From positions 64,001-128,000 of the forward strand of contig CAWCNJ010000003.1 in assembly GCA_963796955.1 (NCBI GenBank): a stretch of DNA of 64,000 bases, given 5' to 3'. Position numbers and translations under genes: made by a program. The stretch is from Endomicrobiales bacterium. Its GTDB lineage: Bacteria; Elusimicrobiota; Endomicrobiia; Endomicrobiales; JALOBY01. Below the pieces are notes generated by a model. The model worked only from the letters and a program-made list of their open reading frames with translations. It ran no database searches and was not told where the DNA came from. This document shows, piece after piece, positions 27,671 to 37,235 of this stretch (positions within the stretch are counted from its first letter, which is position 1; each line of letters opens with the position of its first letter).

Positions 27671-29230
27671 ATGAAAATGTTCATGCTGTTTTTCATCAAC
27701 TTCTATACTATGTTCCAACTGTGGATAATTTCATGGCGAAAAACCATAAGCCCGCGTGTATTTATGGCCTTTTTTGCCATGGGGCTTTTTACCGCTACTT
27801 CCGTTGCTTTCGTTTCTCAATGGGTATGCACAAGATTTATGGTGCCGAATACGGTTTCATACACATTCAACCCGTTCATAGAGGAGATCGCCAAAATAGT
27901 ACCGTTGGTTGTATTTATTTTGTTGAATAAAGAAGCTTTTAAACAATTAAAAGCTACCGATTTTATGTTGCTTGCTCTCGCGACAGGTACTGGTTTTGGT
28001 ATGATGGAAACCTATTTGTACCTGGTTTCGGGCATGGATATGACCAACAGATTAACTTTCTCACTGGTGCTTCCTCAGATTTCCTCATACACAACTACAT
28101 TTGCCGACATCCTCGGCAATTACCAGCAGATTGCTTATTCTTTTGCCGGACACGGTATCCTTTCAGCGGCAGTGGGATTGTCTTTGGGCGTTGCTCTTAC
28201 AGTAGCTATTGATGCTAAGAGCAAAAAATATATTTTTGCACTACCGACGGTTGTATTGCTATGGGTAATAGCCAATCATTCGATCTCGAATTACCTGGAT
28301 ATTGCAAGTAAGATGTTCTACCCTTTGCAGTTCGTTTTGTGGTTTGACAGGTCGGGCAGGGTGATAGTCTGGTTCTTTGGCGCATTGTTATTGGGTACGA
28401 TAATTCGGGAAGAAATACTTCATAGAAATAATCCTGATAAAAAAGTTGATGTCGTTCAAAATGAGGCAGCAATGCGTTTTCCTAAGATCAATGTTATGGA
28501 AAGAATACTTGATTTTCTGTTAACCGCTTTCATTATTCTGCTAGTCGTGCTGTTAAAGTATCAGAGATATACAAACTATGAGATGCTTTTTCGGAATGCG
28601 ACAAACGTCCTGGCGGTCATTGCAGTGATCAGGGTTGTTTGGTTGTTTTGGAAAAATAAAGGTGTTTCTTGTGAAACGGTACAGGGATTTAGCGTGAAAG
28701 TGTTGTCATACACTGCTCTGGGGCTTACCGTCCTGTCGGTCTTTGCCTACATCGTACCATTCTCAAGGGTATTATTCCCTTCCGGTATTTATTCTCCATA
28801 CGAGTTCCTATATAACGCCTTTGGGAGATATTTCAACGATTTTGGAGGACTATTACCCGGCTTTATAGCGATAAGCGCGGCTATTGCCGGCATATTTGGC
28901 GCATATATAGACCTTTCGGTTGTCTTCGATAATGCAAGCATTGTCGCTGATAATTGGGGCATGGCTGGGTTGGGGAAAGGCCTTGGGGTTATAAGCCTTG
29001 TGATCAATCCGGATGCTACCATTTTTTCAATTATTGGAGGCGCCATTCTTGGGGGTGGGATAGCACTAGCGGGTATGAGCCTGGGATTACCGGCTATTGC
29101 AAGTTGGATATTTGGAAGCACTGTTGGTGGAATAACAATCGGGATGATTGAATCGGAGCGAGCCATGCGTAAGCGCCGCACTGAAATACCCGGTAATTCT
29201 CCAAACGCAGCTAGATACGAGGACCGATGA
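27671..29230 (+). CDS. PrsW-family glutamic intramembrane protease with a C-terminal hydrophobic Gly-rich extension
   Basis: PFIEEIAK, GTGFGMMET, GHG, ANH motifs; polytopic membrane protein. Confidence 0.75.
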   Translation: MKMFMLFFINFYTMFQLWIISWRKTISPRVFMAFFAMGLFTATSVAFVSQWVCTRFMVPNTVSYTFNPFIEEIAKIVPLVVFILLNKEAFKQLKATDFMLLALATGTGFGMMETYLYLVSGMDMTNRLTFSLVLPQISSYTTTFADILGNYQQIAYSFAGHGILSAAVGLSLGVALTVAIDAKSKKYIFALPTVVLLWVIANHSISNYLDIASKMFYPLQFVLWFDRSGRVIVWFFGALLLGTIIREEILHRNNPDKKVDVVQNEAAMRFPKINVMERILDFLLTAFIILLVVLLKYQRYTNYEMLFRNATNVLAVIAVIRVVWLFWKNKGVSCETVQGFSVKVLSYTALGLTVLSVFAYIVPFSRVLFPSGIYSPYEFLYNAFGRYFNDFGGLLPGFIAISAAIAGIFGAYIDLSVVFDNASIVADNWGMAGLGKGLGVISLVINPDATIFSIIGGAILGGGIALAGMSLGLPAIASWIFGSTVGGITIGMIESERAMRKRRTEIPGNSPNAARYEDR

Positions 29231-32200
29231 AACAAGGCAATAAATATCTCCATATAGCCATAACAGTCGCCCTCTTCCACCTTGCATGCGGAGTCGGGTT
29301 TGGTGCTACTATCAGCGGGCATGACTACCAGGGTGGGGCGCTCGTTCCCAATAATGGTGATGTTCTCAACGGTGTTTTTTATAATATTGGTGAATTTCGC
29401 GTTGATTCAGGCGTAACTGTATATATTGCTGTTAATACAAAACTGGAGCTCTACGCTTCAACTGTAACAATTAATGGTGTCATTAACGGGGTTGGGAGCG
29501 GTAGTCCTGGAGGATTTGGAGGAAGCCCGAATAATGCAGGCAGTCCCGGGCAGGGAACTGGGTTTGGTGATGGTGGTATTGCATCGAATGGGTCAAACGG
29601 CTACGGTGGATGTGGAGCTGGTTACGGCGGTCTTGGTGGTCATGGAGGATACATGACATCAAGCGGAACTGCATACGGTTATTCCACACTTGCGACATAT
29701 CCACCATCGAGTGATGATGTCGAACTTGGTTCAGGAGGCGGCGGTGGTTGCGGGAGTTATAACGGCACTTCATTTGGTGGTGATGGTGGTGCAGGTGGTG
29801 CAGGTATATTGATTGAAGGCAGCAGTGTAACCGTGAATGGAACCATTTATGCTAGCGGAAAAAATGGATATGCTGCTAACGGTTCTGCTGAAGATTTTTT
29901 AAGTGGTGGTGGGGCAGGTTCGGGTGGTACCGTCCTCATCCGTGCATTAAATAGTTTCAATGGTTCAGGTACTATAGAAGTTAAAGGTGGAACAGGAGGT
30001 ACTAGTAATCCGGGAGGTGGTGCAACGGGCGGTTGCGGCGGTGGCGGTTCTGGTGGACGAATCAAAATATTTTATAATTCGTACTTCTTCAGCGGCAGCA
30101 GTACGGTTGCAAATGGCACAAGCAGTGGCACGGGATTGCGCAAAGGCGGCGATGGAGCTATCGGGACCGTATTTTCAACGCAAATATCATCGCCTGTGAT
30201 TTCTGCCAGCAATTCTGCAATATATCAAACCTCGATCACCTGGTCTTGGTCCATGGCAATGGGAAGCTGGGGTGGCGCAACAGATAATACCCACTACAAG
30301 TTTCGTATATATTCTTCTTCGATTACCCCTTCAACTTATAATCAATACCAATATATCGCTGAAGTTTCTTCGTCAACCTTCCAATATACTGAAGCTGGAT
30401 TGCTGCCTAATACCACTTATTCTCGTTACATTGTAAGTTATACGGATTGGGGTAATTCACTCGCATTGCGCACCACCGACACCTGTACGGGAATAGAGAT
30501 TCCATCTAATATCTCATTTAATACATATGCTAGTTCGATCACAGCCAGTATCGTTGCGCCTAACAATATCGCAGCAGGTCTATCAGGCGTTCGTATCAGC
30601 TCATCTTCGCCGATCACATCAAGCTATGTGCAATATGTTTCAACGACCATTGCAGGATTAACTCCCAACACCACGTACCCATTCTACGTTCAAACTCGTA
30701 ATGCTGTGGGGATAGAAAATGCCATGGTCGGGCCATTTAATAAATGTACCCTCGCTTTGCCTGCGGACACTACGTCGTATTCGGAAGTTCATGTAAGTTC
30801 TTTAACTGTTTCGTTTGGTCATAGTACCAATCAGGACGGAACTCATTATCAGGTCGATCTTGATACGAACTCGGTGTTCGATGTATCGGATACCATTATT
30901 TCCAGCAATACGGTCGGCGGTTCGGCATTATTTACCGGGCTTGCCGGAAATACCACTTATTATGCCAGAGTCTGCTCGCTCAGTTTTGACGGGGATCAGA
31001 GCGTTTTTGTACCGCTTGGGCCTACGGTGACCGGTGCTAACCTACCTACGTTCAGTGCCTTTACGGCTGTTTCTACCGGGGTAATTACTCTGACGACAGA
31101 TATTCACGCTAATGCTCCTGATACCTTATATACCTTGGTTAGTTCAACGAACGCGACATATTCTCCCGCTACCTCAACAATTACGGCAAATCAATCGCAA
31201 TTTAGCTTTTCTTCCCTGATACCCAACACTTCATACTACTTCAGGGCGATGCTTACGGATCGGCGAGGGAACAATTCATCGTGGATCAGCTCCTTTGCCT
31301 CTACGGTAACTCTTGCCGCAGCTCCTGTCCGGCAATATTGCTATACAGTATCAACCGGCTCAATTGACTATCGTTTTGCAACGAACGGAAATCCGGGTGA
31401 CACTGAATATCGCGTTACAGTCAATACCCAAACCGTGACAGCCGTGGGAGCGCTTGCTGATATTGAAACCTGGATTGCTTTGCCGGGGGGCGCGCTCTCT
31501 CTTCACGACTTAATTCCAAACACCCGCTACACTATACAAACCCTGGCGCGTAACCGTGCTGGAGTGCAAACGGACGTAACGGTAAGCACCTCGGCGTGCA
31601 CGTATGCTATCGCTCCTTCAACTGCCTCACTTGATGTTACCAATAACGGTATCTACTTAAGCTGGCAGGCTCCGGGAAATCCTGTAGGAACGCTCTATGA
31701 TGTTCGCTATTCAAGCGTCAGCGCCGTCGATACATCGCCTAAAGACAGTGGGTTGGTTACCAGCACTATCTATCCCCTGCAGGGGCCTTTTACCCCTAAC
31801 GTTACTTATTATTTCAGCGTAATGGCCAAGAACCAGGACGGCATTCTTACATCATCTATAACCATTTTTACCTCGACGCTGCCGGGTGTGCCGGCGGCGC
31901 CGGATTCTTTTAATACGGTGTTCGTAACATCAATGACCATCACGAACGGTGGCGATTTCAATACTCCCGACACTCTGTACTTCTTCGAACAGCAGGCAGG
32001 TATTGGCTGGAACGCGGTGAGCGATTGGGTGCCGAAGAACACCGTGGTAAGTGTTACCGGACTGACGCCCAACACATTGAATATTTTCAGGGTTAAAACA
32101 AAGAATGCTGCGGGAATAGAGTCGATCTATAGTTCTCCGGCTGGCGGCTGGACTGCTCCGGCGGTCCCTACGCTCGGTTTTGCAGGCGTGTATTCGACGG

Positions 32201-33384
32201 TGGTTAGCCTGGCGATCGGCGCGAACAGTAATGATCCTTCAACCAGCTATGCCGTTGCTATCGCAACGAATGCCCAGTTCAATACAGCCATTTCATCTGC
32301 AGGCTTATCTGCGGGCGCGGTAACGCTCGATAACCTTTCCATGTTCACGACTTACTTTTTCCGCGTTCGCGCGTTAAGCGGGCATGCTCGTCCCGATTCG
32401 GATTGGTCAACCGCTATTTCATCTGTGACGACCGGTGTAGAGGGCGTAACCATTACCGGGCCGCAATACGCAAATGCGAATGGCATAACCTGGAACTGGA
32501 CGCAGGCAAGCGCTGCCGACCTTATAAATTACAATGTACAGGTGTGGGAGAAAGATGGCACTGCTCCTTTAGTCGTCGCGAACGCGGGAACAAATGCCAG
32601 CTATGTGTTTACTGCTGTCGCTGATAAAAAGCAATATTATTGCCGTGTGCAGGTTAACAAAACCGGCGGCAGCGTCTGGTCGATCTCCGGCTACACCCTG
32701 GTTGATGCTGGCGCGCCTGATCCGGTGAGCCAGGTAACGACCGGCAGTGCGCAGACGTTCAGCGATCATACAGTGTTCAACTGGCCGGCGGCAACGGATA
32801 GCGAATCGCCCGTCGTTTCTTACTGGCTGCAGGTGGTTACGCCCAGAAGCGGCTCCGCTCTCGCGTCTCCTTCCAGAAGCCAGGTCGTTTCCACCGATCT
32901 GGTGACCGTCTTCGATGCGGAAGTCGGCGGTGTGCTCACAAAAGAGATCACCGGACTGGAAAGCGGAAAAGTATATTACGCACGCGTAAAGCCCAAAGAC
33001 AGCGCGGGCAATTGGGGGAATTTCTCCAATTGGTCCGGCGGTGTCACCGTGTGGAGCTCCGCTGTTGCGAGCGCCAAACTGATAGAACACGCGATAGTTG
33101 CCCCCAATCCCGTTAACCCTGATGACGCTATAACAGAGCGCCGCTCAGCTTCTGTTTTGTTCTACATGCCGACAACCGCTACGGTAAAGATAAAAATATA
33201 CACCCTGACCGGCCGCTTGGTGTTGGAAAAGTCTGAAGACATAGTGCCCGTAGCCAATTGCGGTACCTGGCTGTGGGACTGCAAGAACGGCGACGGCGAC
33301 CGCGTTGCACCCGGCGGCTACATCCTTGTCCTAGACGGCCACCGCGAAAAATCCGAACGCGTAAAGATCGCGGTTTGGTACTAA
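29227..33384 (+). CDS. large secreted surface protein: Gly-rich domain, about 9 FN3 repeats, C-terminal FlgD-Ig/T9SS-CTD-like domain
   Basis: Signal peptide; GGGGSGGRIKI; repeated L-x-PNT-x-Y; APNPVNP..VKIKIYTLTGRLV..WDCKNGDGDRVAPGGYI. Confidence 0.8.
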   Translation: MKQGNKYLHIAITVALFHLACGVGFGATISGHDYQGGALVPNNGDVLNGVFYNIGEFRVDSGVTVYIAVNTKLELYASTVTINGVINGVGSGSPGGFGGSPNNAGSPGQGTGFGDGGIASNGSNGYGGCGAGYGGLGGHGGYMTSSGTAYGYSTLATYPPSSDDVELGSGGGGGCGSYNGTSFGGDGGAGGAGILIEGSSVTVNGTIYASGKNGYAANGSAEDFLSGGGAGSGGTVLIRALNSFNGSGTIEVKGGTGGTSNPGGGATGGCGGGGSGGRIKIFYNSYFFSGSSTVANGTSSGTGLRKGGDGAIGTVFSTQISSPVISASNSAIYQTSITWSWSMAMGSWGGATDNTHYKFRIYSSSITPSTYNQYQYIAEVSSSTFQYTEAGLLPNTTYSRYIVSYTDWGNSLALRTTDTCTGIEIPSNISFNTYASSITASIVAPNNIAAGLSGVRISSSSPITSSYVQYVSTTIAGLTPNTTYPFYVQTRNAVGIENAMVGPFNKCTLALPADTTSYSEVHVSSLTVSFGHSTNQDGTHYQVDLDTNSVFDVSDTIISSNTVGGSALFTGLAGNTTYYARVCSLSFDGDQSVFVPLGPTVTGANLPTFSAFTAVSTGVITLTTDIHANAPDTLYTLVSSTNATYSPATSTITANQSQFSFSSLIPNTSYYFRAMLTDRRGNNSSWISSFASTVTLAAAPVRQYCYTVSTGSIDYRFATNGNPGDTEYRVTVNTQTVTAVGALADIETWIALPGGALSLHDLIPNTRYTIQTLARNRAGVQTDVTVSTSACTYAIAPSTASLDVTNNGIYLSWQAPGNPVGTLYDVRYSSVSAVDTSPKDSGLVTSTIYPLQGPFTPNVTYYFSVMAKNQDGILTSSITIFTSTLPGVPAAPDSFNTVFVTSMTITNGGDFNTPDTLYFFEQQAGIGWNAVSDWVPKNTVVSVTGLTPNTLNIFRVKTKNAAGIESIYSSPAGGWTAPAVPTLGFAGVYSTVVSLAIGANSNDPSTSYAVAIATNAQFNTAISSAGLSAGAVTLDNLSMFTTYFFRVRALSGHARPDSDWSTAISSVTTGVEGVTITGPQYANANGITWNWTQASAADLINYNVQVWEKDGTAPLVVANAGTNASYVFTAVADKKQYYCRVQVNKTGGSVWSISGYTLVDAGAPDPVSQVTTGSAQTFSDHTVFNWPAATDSESPVVSYWLQVVTPRSGSALASPSRSQVVSTDLVTVFDAEVGGVLTKEITGLESGKVYYARVKPKDSAGNWGNFSNWSGGVTVWSSAVASAKLIEHAIVAPNPVNPDDAITERRSASVLFYMPTTATVKIKIYTLTGRLVLEKSEDIVPVANCGTWLWDCKNGDGDRVAPGGYILVLDGHREKSERVKIAVWY

Positions 33385-33399
33385 TACAGCAAGGCATTC

Positions 33400-34512
33400 A
33401 TGAAAGATAATATAGCGGTTCTCATAAACACCTATCTCAGGCCGTCTGAAGTTTTTATATACGAGCAGATAAGAGCCGTAACGAAATACAATGTTCATGT
33501 GCTCTCGCGATCAAATACCAATAACCCTGCCTTTGTCCATGAACATGTCCACTCGATATCTTCCCAAAACCGGCTTGAAGCATTGCAGTATATGCTCACC
33601 CGCAACTCAAATTATTTTAACAAGGTGGTCAAAGAACAGGACGTAAGGCTTATCCACGCGCATTTTGGCACTGAAGGTGTCTACGGCATCCCGCTCGCAC
33701 GTTGCAATTCCATCCCATTGATCACAACATTTCACGGCCACGATATAACCCGCCTTCCAAAGGCGACCGTCTGGCCAATTTCCTGGGCGCAGTATTGGCT
33801 GCATTTTAACGAACTTAAAGAACGCGGAACACTATTCCTTGCTGTCTCTGATTTTATAAGGAAGCGCCTTATCGAACATGGTTTTCATCAGGACAAAGTC
33901 ATCACCCATCATTTAGGGATACCCATACCTGCATTGCCGGAAGTTGTAAAGGATCCGCTATCAATAGTAACCGCAGGCAGGCTTGTAGAGAAGAAAGGCA
34001 CAGAATATTTGATCAGGGCAATGCGAATCGTCGCCGACGCCATACCCGAAGCACGGTTGACGATTTGCGGCGACGGCCCCCTGCGCGCAAGTCTTGAACA
34101 GTTGACTGATTCACTGAACCTGACAAAAAACATACAATTTGCCGGCTGGAAAACAAAACCTGAAGTTCTGGACATCCTTGCAAGGGCATCGGTCTTTGTA
34201 CTGCCAAGCGTTACATCCCGCGATGGTGATAGTGAGGGCCTTGGCATGGTCTTCCTTGAAGCCATGGCGCTGCAAACCTCCGTTATCGGCACTAACCACG
34301 GCGGCATCTCTGATGCTATTCAAAATGAAGGTAATGGCTATCTGGTGAAAGAACGCGACCCGCAAGAAATAGCCGAGAAGATCATTTTCCTTTTAAACAA
34401 TCCCTCCATAGCATCCCAAATGGGCCTTCAAGGCAGGAATAGCGTTGAATCCAATTTTGATATAACAAAGCAGATCAAAAAACTGGAAGAACTTTACGAA
34501 CGTCTTAAATAA
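33400..34512 (+). CDS. GT4 glycosyltransferase (WcaL/AmsK-like)
   Basis: SEVFIYEQ, HAHFG, TFHGHD, GRLVEKKG, GDSEGLGMVFLEAMA. Confidence 0.88.
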   Translation: MKDNIAVLINTYLRPSEVFIYEQIRAVTKYNVHVLSRSNTNNPAFVHEHVHSISSQNRLEALQYMLTRNSNYFNKVVKEQDVRLIHAHFGTEGVYGIPLARCNSIPLITTFHGHDITRLPKATVWPISWAQYWLHFNELKERGTLFLAVSDFIRKRLIEHGFHQDKVITHHLGIPIPALPEVVKDPLSIVTAGRLVEKKGTEYLIRAMRIVADAIPEARLTICGDGPLRASLEQLTDSLNLTKNIQFAGWKTKPEVLDILARASVFVLPSVTSRDGDSEGLGMVFLEAMALQTSVIGTNHGGISDAIQNEGNGYLVKERDPQEIAEKIIFLLNNPSIASQMGLQGRNSVESNFDITKQIKKLEELYERLK

Positions 34513-34562
34513 ATTATCGCGGTACTGCGATGAATGAATTTCGACAAAATCAACAATAAATT

Positions 34563-34571
34563 TGCTATAAT
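34563..34571 (+). promoter_or_regulatory. extended -10 promoter
   Basis: TGcTATAAT about 45 bp before the nucleotidyltransferase gene. Confidence 0.45.
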
Positions 34572-34616
34572 ATTGTAGTGGTACGTCAGTGAAAATGAAA
34601 TATTTGGATATGACAA

Positions 34617-35123
34617 ATGCCTAAAGAATTTCTCGTGAATCCCAACTTTCAAGAATTTCTGGAAGTGCTAAATAAACACAATGTTGAGTACTGTATATCT
34701 GGTGCATATGCGGTATCGTTTCATGCTGAGCCCAGATACACTCATGACATTGATGTCTATGTTGCAAAAAATGTTGAAAATTCAAAAAAGGTTTCACAAG
34801 CTGTCAAGGAATTCTTTGGCACAAGCATTGATGAGAAGTATTTTGAAGGTGATAAGGTTATGGCTCGCATGGGAATCGAGCCAAATCAGATAGAATTGTC
34901 GAACCACCTTTCAGGCTTAACTGATGATGAAATAATAAAACACAGAGTTAAAAGTAAGTATGGCGAAACGGTTACATACTATATCGGGATCAATGAGCTT
35001 ATAAAGAACAAAGGACTTGTTAAAGACATGCCGCATAGAAAACGCAAAGGGCTTCAAGATGGAAGGGACTACTTAACTTTACTTGCTGTAAAAGACCACT
35101 TAAGAAAGAAGGCTGATAGATGA
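34617..35123 (+). CDS. Pol-beta-like nucleotidyltransferase (DUF6036-like)
   Basis: LNKHNVEY..GAYAVSFHAEPRYTHDIDVYV, ELIKNK, D..D. Confidence 0.7.
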   Translation: MPKEFLVNPNFQEFLEVLNKHNVEYCISGAYAVSFHAEPRYTHDIDVYVAKNVENSKKVSQAVKEFFGTSIDEKYFEGDKVMARMGIEPNQIELSNHLSGLTDDEIIKHRVKSKYGETVTYYIGINELIKNKGLVKDMPHRKRKGLQDGRDYLTLLAVKDHLRKKADR

Positions 35124-35317
35124 GGAAAAATGTCAAGATTAAATTCTTTGATTCTTACGAGTCTGCGCAGGAAGATCTGGACAGGGAAACGTTTGATATG
35201 GTTCCAACTGACAGAGTGTCGACAACTGAGCATCTACGCAGGCAGATGTTTCTGATCAAAGGGCGTACTGTCGATCTGTCAATGAAGAAAGTTATAACGT
35301 TTCATAAGATAGTGTAG
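35120..35317 (+). CDS. small hypothetical protein, partner of the nucleotidyltransferase
   Basis: 65 aa; ATGA overlap with the upstream gene. Confidence 0.55.
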   Translation: MRKNVKIKFFDSYESAQEDLDRETFDMVPTDRVSTTEHLRRQMFLIKGRTVDLSMKKVITFHKIV

Positions 35318-35329
35318 AACTGGAAAAAT

Positions 35330-35358
35330 TTGCAATTTGCTTAAATATATAGTATAGT
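35330..35358 (+). promoter_or_regulatory. rimP operon promoter
   Basis: TTGCAA-17-TATAGT. Confidence 0.6.
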
Positions 35359-35363
35359 CTATT

Positions 35364-35395
35364 TAAGAGTGGCCGTATGCCGCTCTTATTTTTTT
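35364..35395 (+). terminator. rimP leader hairpin with U-tract (attenuator-like)
   Basis: TAAGAGTGGC-cgtat-GCCGCTCTTA followed by T7. Confidence 0.65.
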
Positions 35396-35401
35396 ACCTG
35401 A

Positions 35402-35872
35402 ATGGGTGATAGTATGGGAATGATAGATAAATTGCAGGAACTTATAACGCCGGTATTGGCTGAGGCTAAGATGGAACTTGTAGACCTTCTGCTTACGGCT
35501 GAGCATGGGCAAAAACACGTGCGTATTTTCATTGACAAGGAAGAGGGCGGTATAAAGCTGGATGACTGCGCGGCAATGAGCCATGCCCTTGGCGCCGCGC
35601 TGGATGAAAAAATGCCGGAACTGGGGGATTACGTAATAGAAGTTTCTTCACCGGGTATCGACCGTGTGCTGAAGACGGAAAAAGATTTTTTGAAGTTCAT
35701 AGATAAACGGATACAGGTCACGGTGTTCGCGCCCATTAACGGCCAGAGAAATTTTACCGGCACGTTATTGAAATTCGAGAACGGCGCCATAGAGATAGAT
35801 GATGTGACGGGGAAAAAAGTTACGATAGAGCTGTCAAAAATGGCCAGAGCACGGCTTGATCCTGAAATTTGA
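35402..35872 (+). CDS. rimP: ribosome maturation factor RimP (start may be 35414 or 35420)
   Basis: VRIFIDK, DDCA, EVSSPGIDRVL. Confidence 0.94.
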   Translation: MGDSMGMIDKLQELITPVLAEAKMELVDLLLTAEHGQKHVRIFIDKEEGGIKLDDCAAMSHALGAALDEKMPELGDYVIEVSSPGIDRVLKTEKDFLKFIDKRIQVTVFAPINGQRNFTGTLLKFENGAIEIDDVTGKKVTIELSKMARARLDPEI

Positions 35873-35918
35873 GTTGTTAAAATCCCGCGATATTTTGTTA
35901 TTGCCCAGGAGGATATAG

Positions 35919-37235
35919 ATGTCAGACAGAAGCGAATTACTATTAGCATTAGAACAGATCGAGCGTGATAAGGGTATCAAAAAAGAGGATATCCTTACCG
36001 TTATAGAGAACGCACTTGTTTCAGCGTACAAGAAACATGTCGGCAAGAATGTTAATGTCGAGGCCAAGGTTGATCCTGAGACCGGCGAGATGTCGGCGTG
36101 CGTGGTCAAGACCGCGATGGCCGATGTTAAGAACTCCGTTCTTGAGATCTCAATGGCTGAAGCCAGGAAGATCGTTGCCGATGTCAAGGAAAATGACATC
36201 GTCCGTATTCCTCTGGATACGCAGGACTTTTCCCGCATAGCCGCCCAGACCGCAAAACAGGTCATTATCCAAAAGATACGTGAGTCGGAAAGGGAAACCT
36301 TGTTCGACGAATACCGCACCAAGATCGGACAGATCGTTAACGGTGTCGTGTGGCGCGTCGTGAACCGTAACCTGATCGTTGACCTCGGCAAGACCGAAGC
36401 GATCGTGCCTGCCTCCGAGCAGGTGAACCGCGAACGCTATGCCCTGGGCCAGCACATGCGCGCGATAATCGTGAAGGTTGAAAAAGGCGTGAGAGGCCCC
36501 TCGGTGGTTCTTTCCCGCACGCATCCGGACCTGGTCCGCAGACTTTTTGAAGTTGAAGTACCCGAAATGTACGAAAAGATAGTCGAGATAGTGAACGTGG
36601 TGCGCGAGCCGGGACTGCGTACGAAAGTTGCCGTGCAGTCGTTCAACCCCAAGGTTGACCCTGTGGGCGCCTGCGTGGGCGTAAAGGGCGCGCGCGTGAA
36701 GCCGATCATAGACGAGCTGCGCGGCGAACGCATAGACCTGATAGCGTTCTCTAATGACCCGGTGAAATATATTTCGAGCGCCCTGTCTCCCGCCAAGGTA
36801 ATGAACGTGCGGATACTGAGCGAGGAAGAGAAAAAAGCAGAAATACTCGTCGGCGATGATATGCTTTCCCTTGCCATCGGCAAGAACGGGCATAACGTGC
36901 GCCTTGCGGCCAAACTTACCGGCTGGCATATAGACATCAGGTCGGAATCACAGAAGAAGCAGGAAAGCGAAAAGAAGATAGCCGTCGCCGAAGACACACT
37001 GACGCACCTGAAGGGCATCGGGCCTAAAACCGCCGACATGCTTATCAAGGCCGGTATGGGCAGCATACAAAAGCTTGCCGCGATCTCTACTGACGATCTG
37101 ACCACTGTGCAGGGTATAGGCCTGAAGACCGCCGAGAAAATAATCGAAGCGGCGCAAGCATATCTTGCGGAGAACGCAAAAAATGCCTCAGTAGAGGCAG
37201 AGGGAACCAATAATGACGCAAAAGAAAACAACTAA
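35919..37235 (+). CDS. nusA: transcription termination factor NusA with C-terminal HhH region
   Basis: FSRIAAQTAKQVIIQ, REPGLRTK, DPVGACVG, LSLAIGKNG. Confidence 0.97.
   Translation: MSDRSELLLALEQIERDKGIKKEDILTVIENALVSAYKKHVGKNVNVEAKVDPETGEMSACVVKTAMADVKNSVLEISMAEARKIVADVKENDIVRIPLDTQDFSRIAAQTAKQVIIQKIRESERETLFDEYRTKIGQIVNGVVWRVVNRNLIVDLGKTEAIVPASEQVNRERYALGQHMRAIIVKVEKGVRGPSVVLSRTHPDLVRRLFEVEVPEMYEKIVEIVNVVREPGLRTKVAVQSFNPKVDPVGACVGVKGARVKPIIDELRGERIDLIAFSNDPVKYISSALSPAKVMNVRILSEEEKKAEILVGDDMLSLAIGKNGHNVRLAAKLTGWHIDIRSESQKKQESEKKIAVAEDTLTHLKGIGPKTADMLIKAGMGSIQKLAAISTDDLTTVQGIGLKTAEKIIEAAQAYLAENAKNASVEAEGTNNDAKENN

Noticed and set aside
29480..30160. GGT/GGC-rich quasi-repeats
   Set aside because: Encode the Gly-rich protein domain; no CRISPR-like repeat-spacer periodicity
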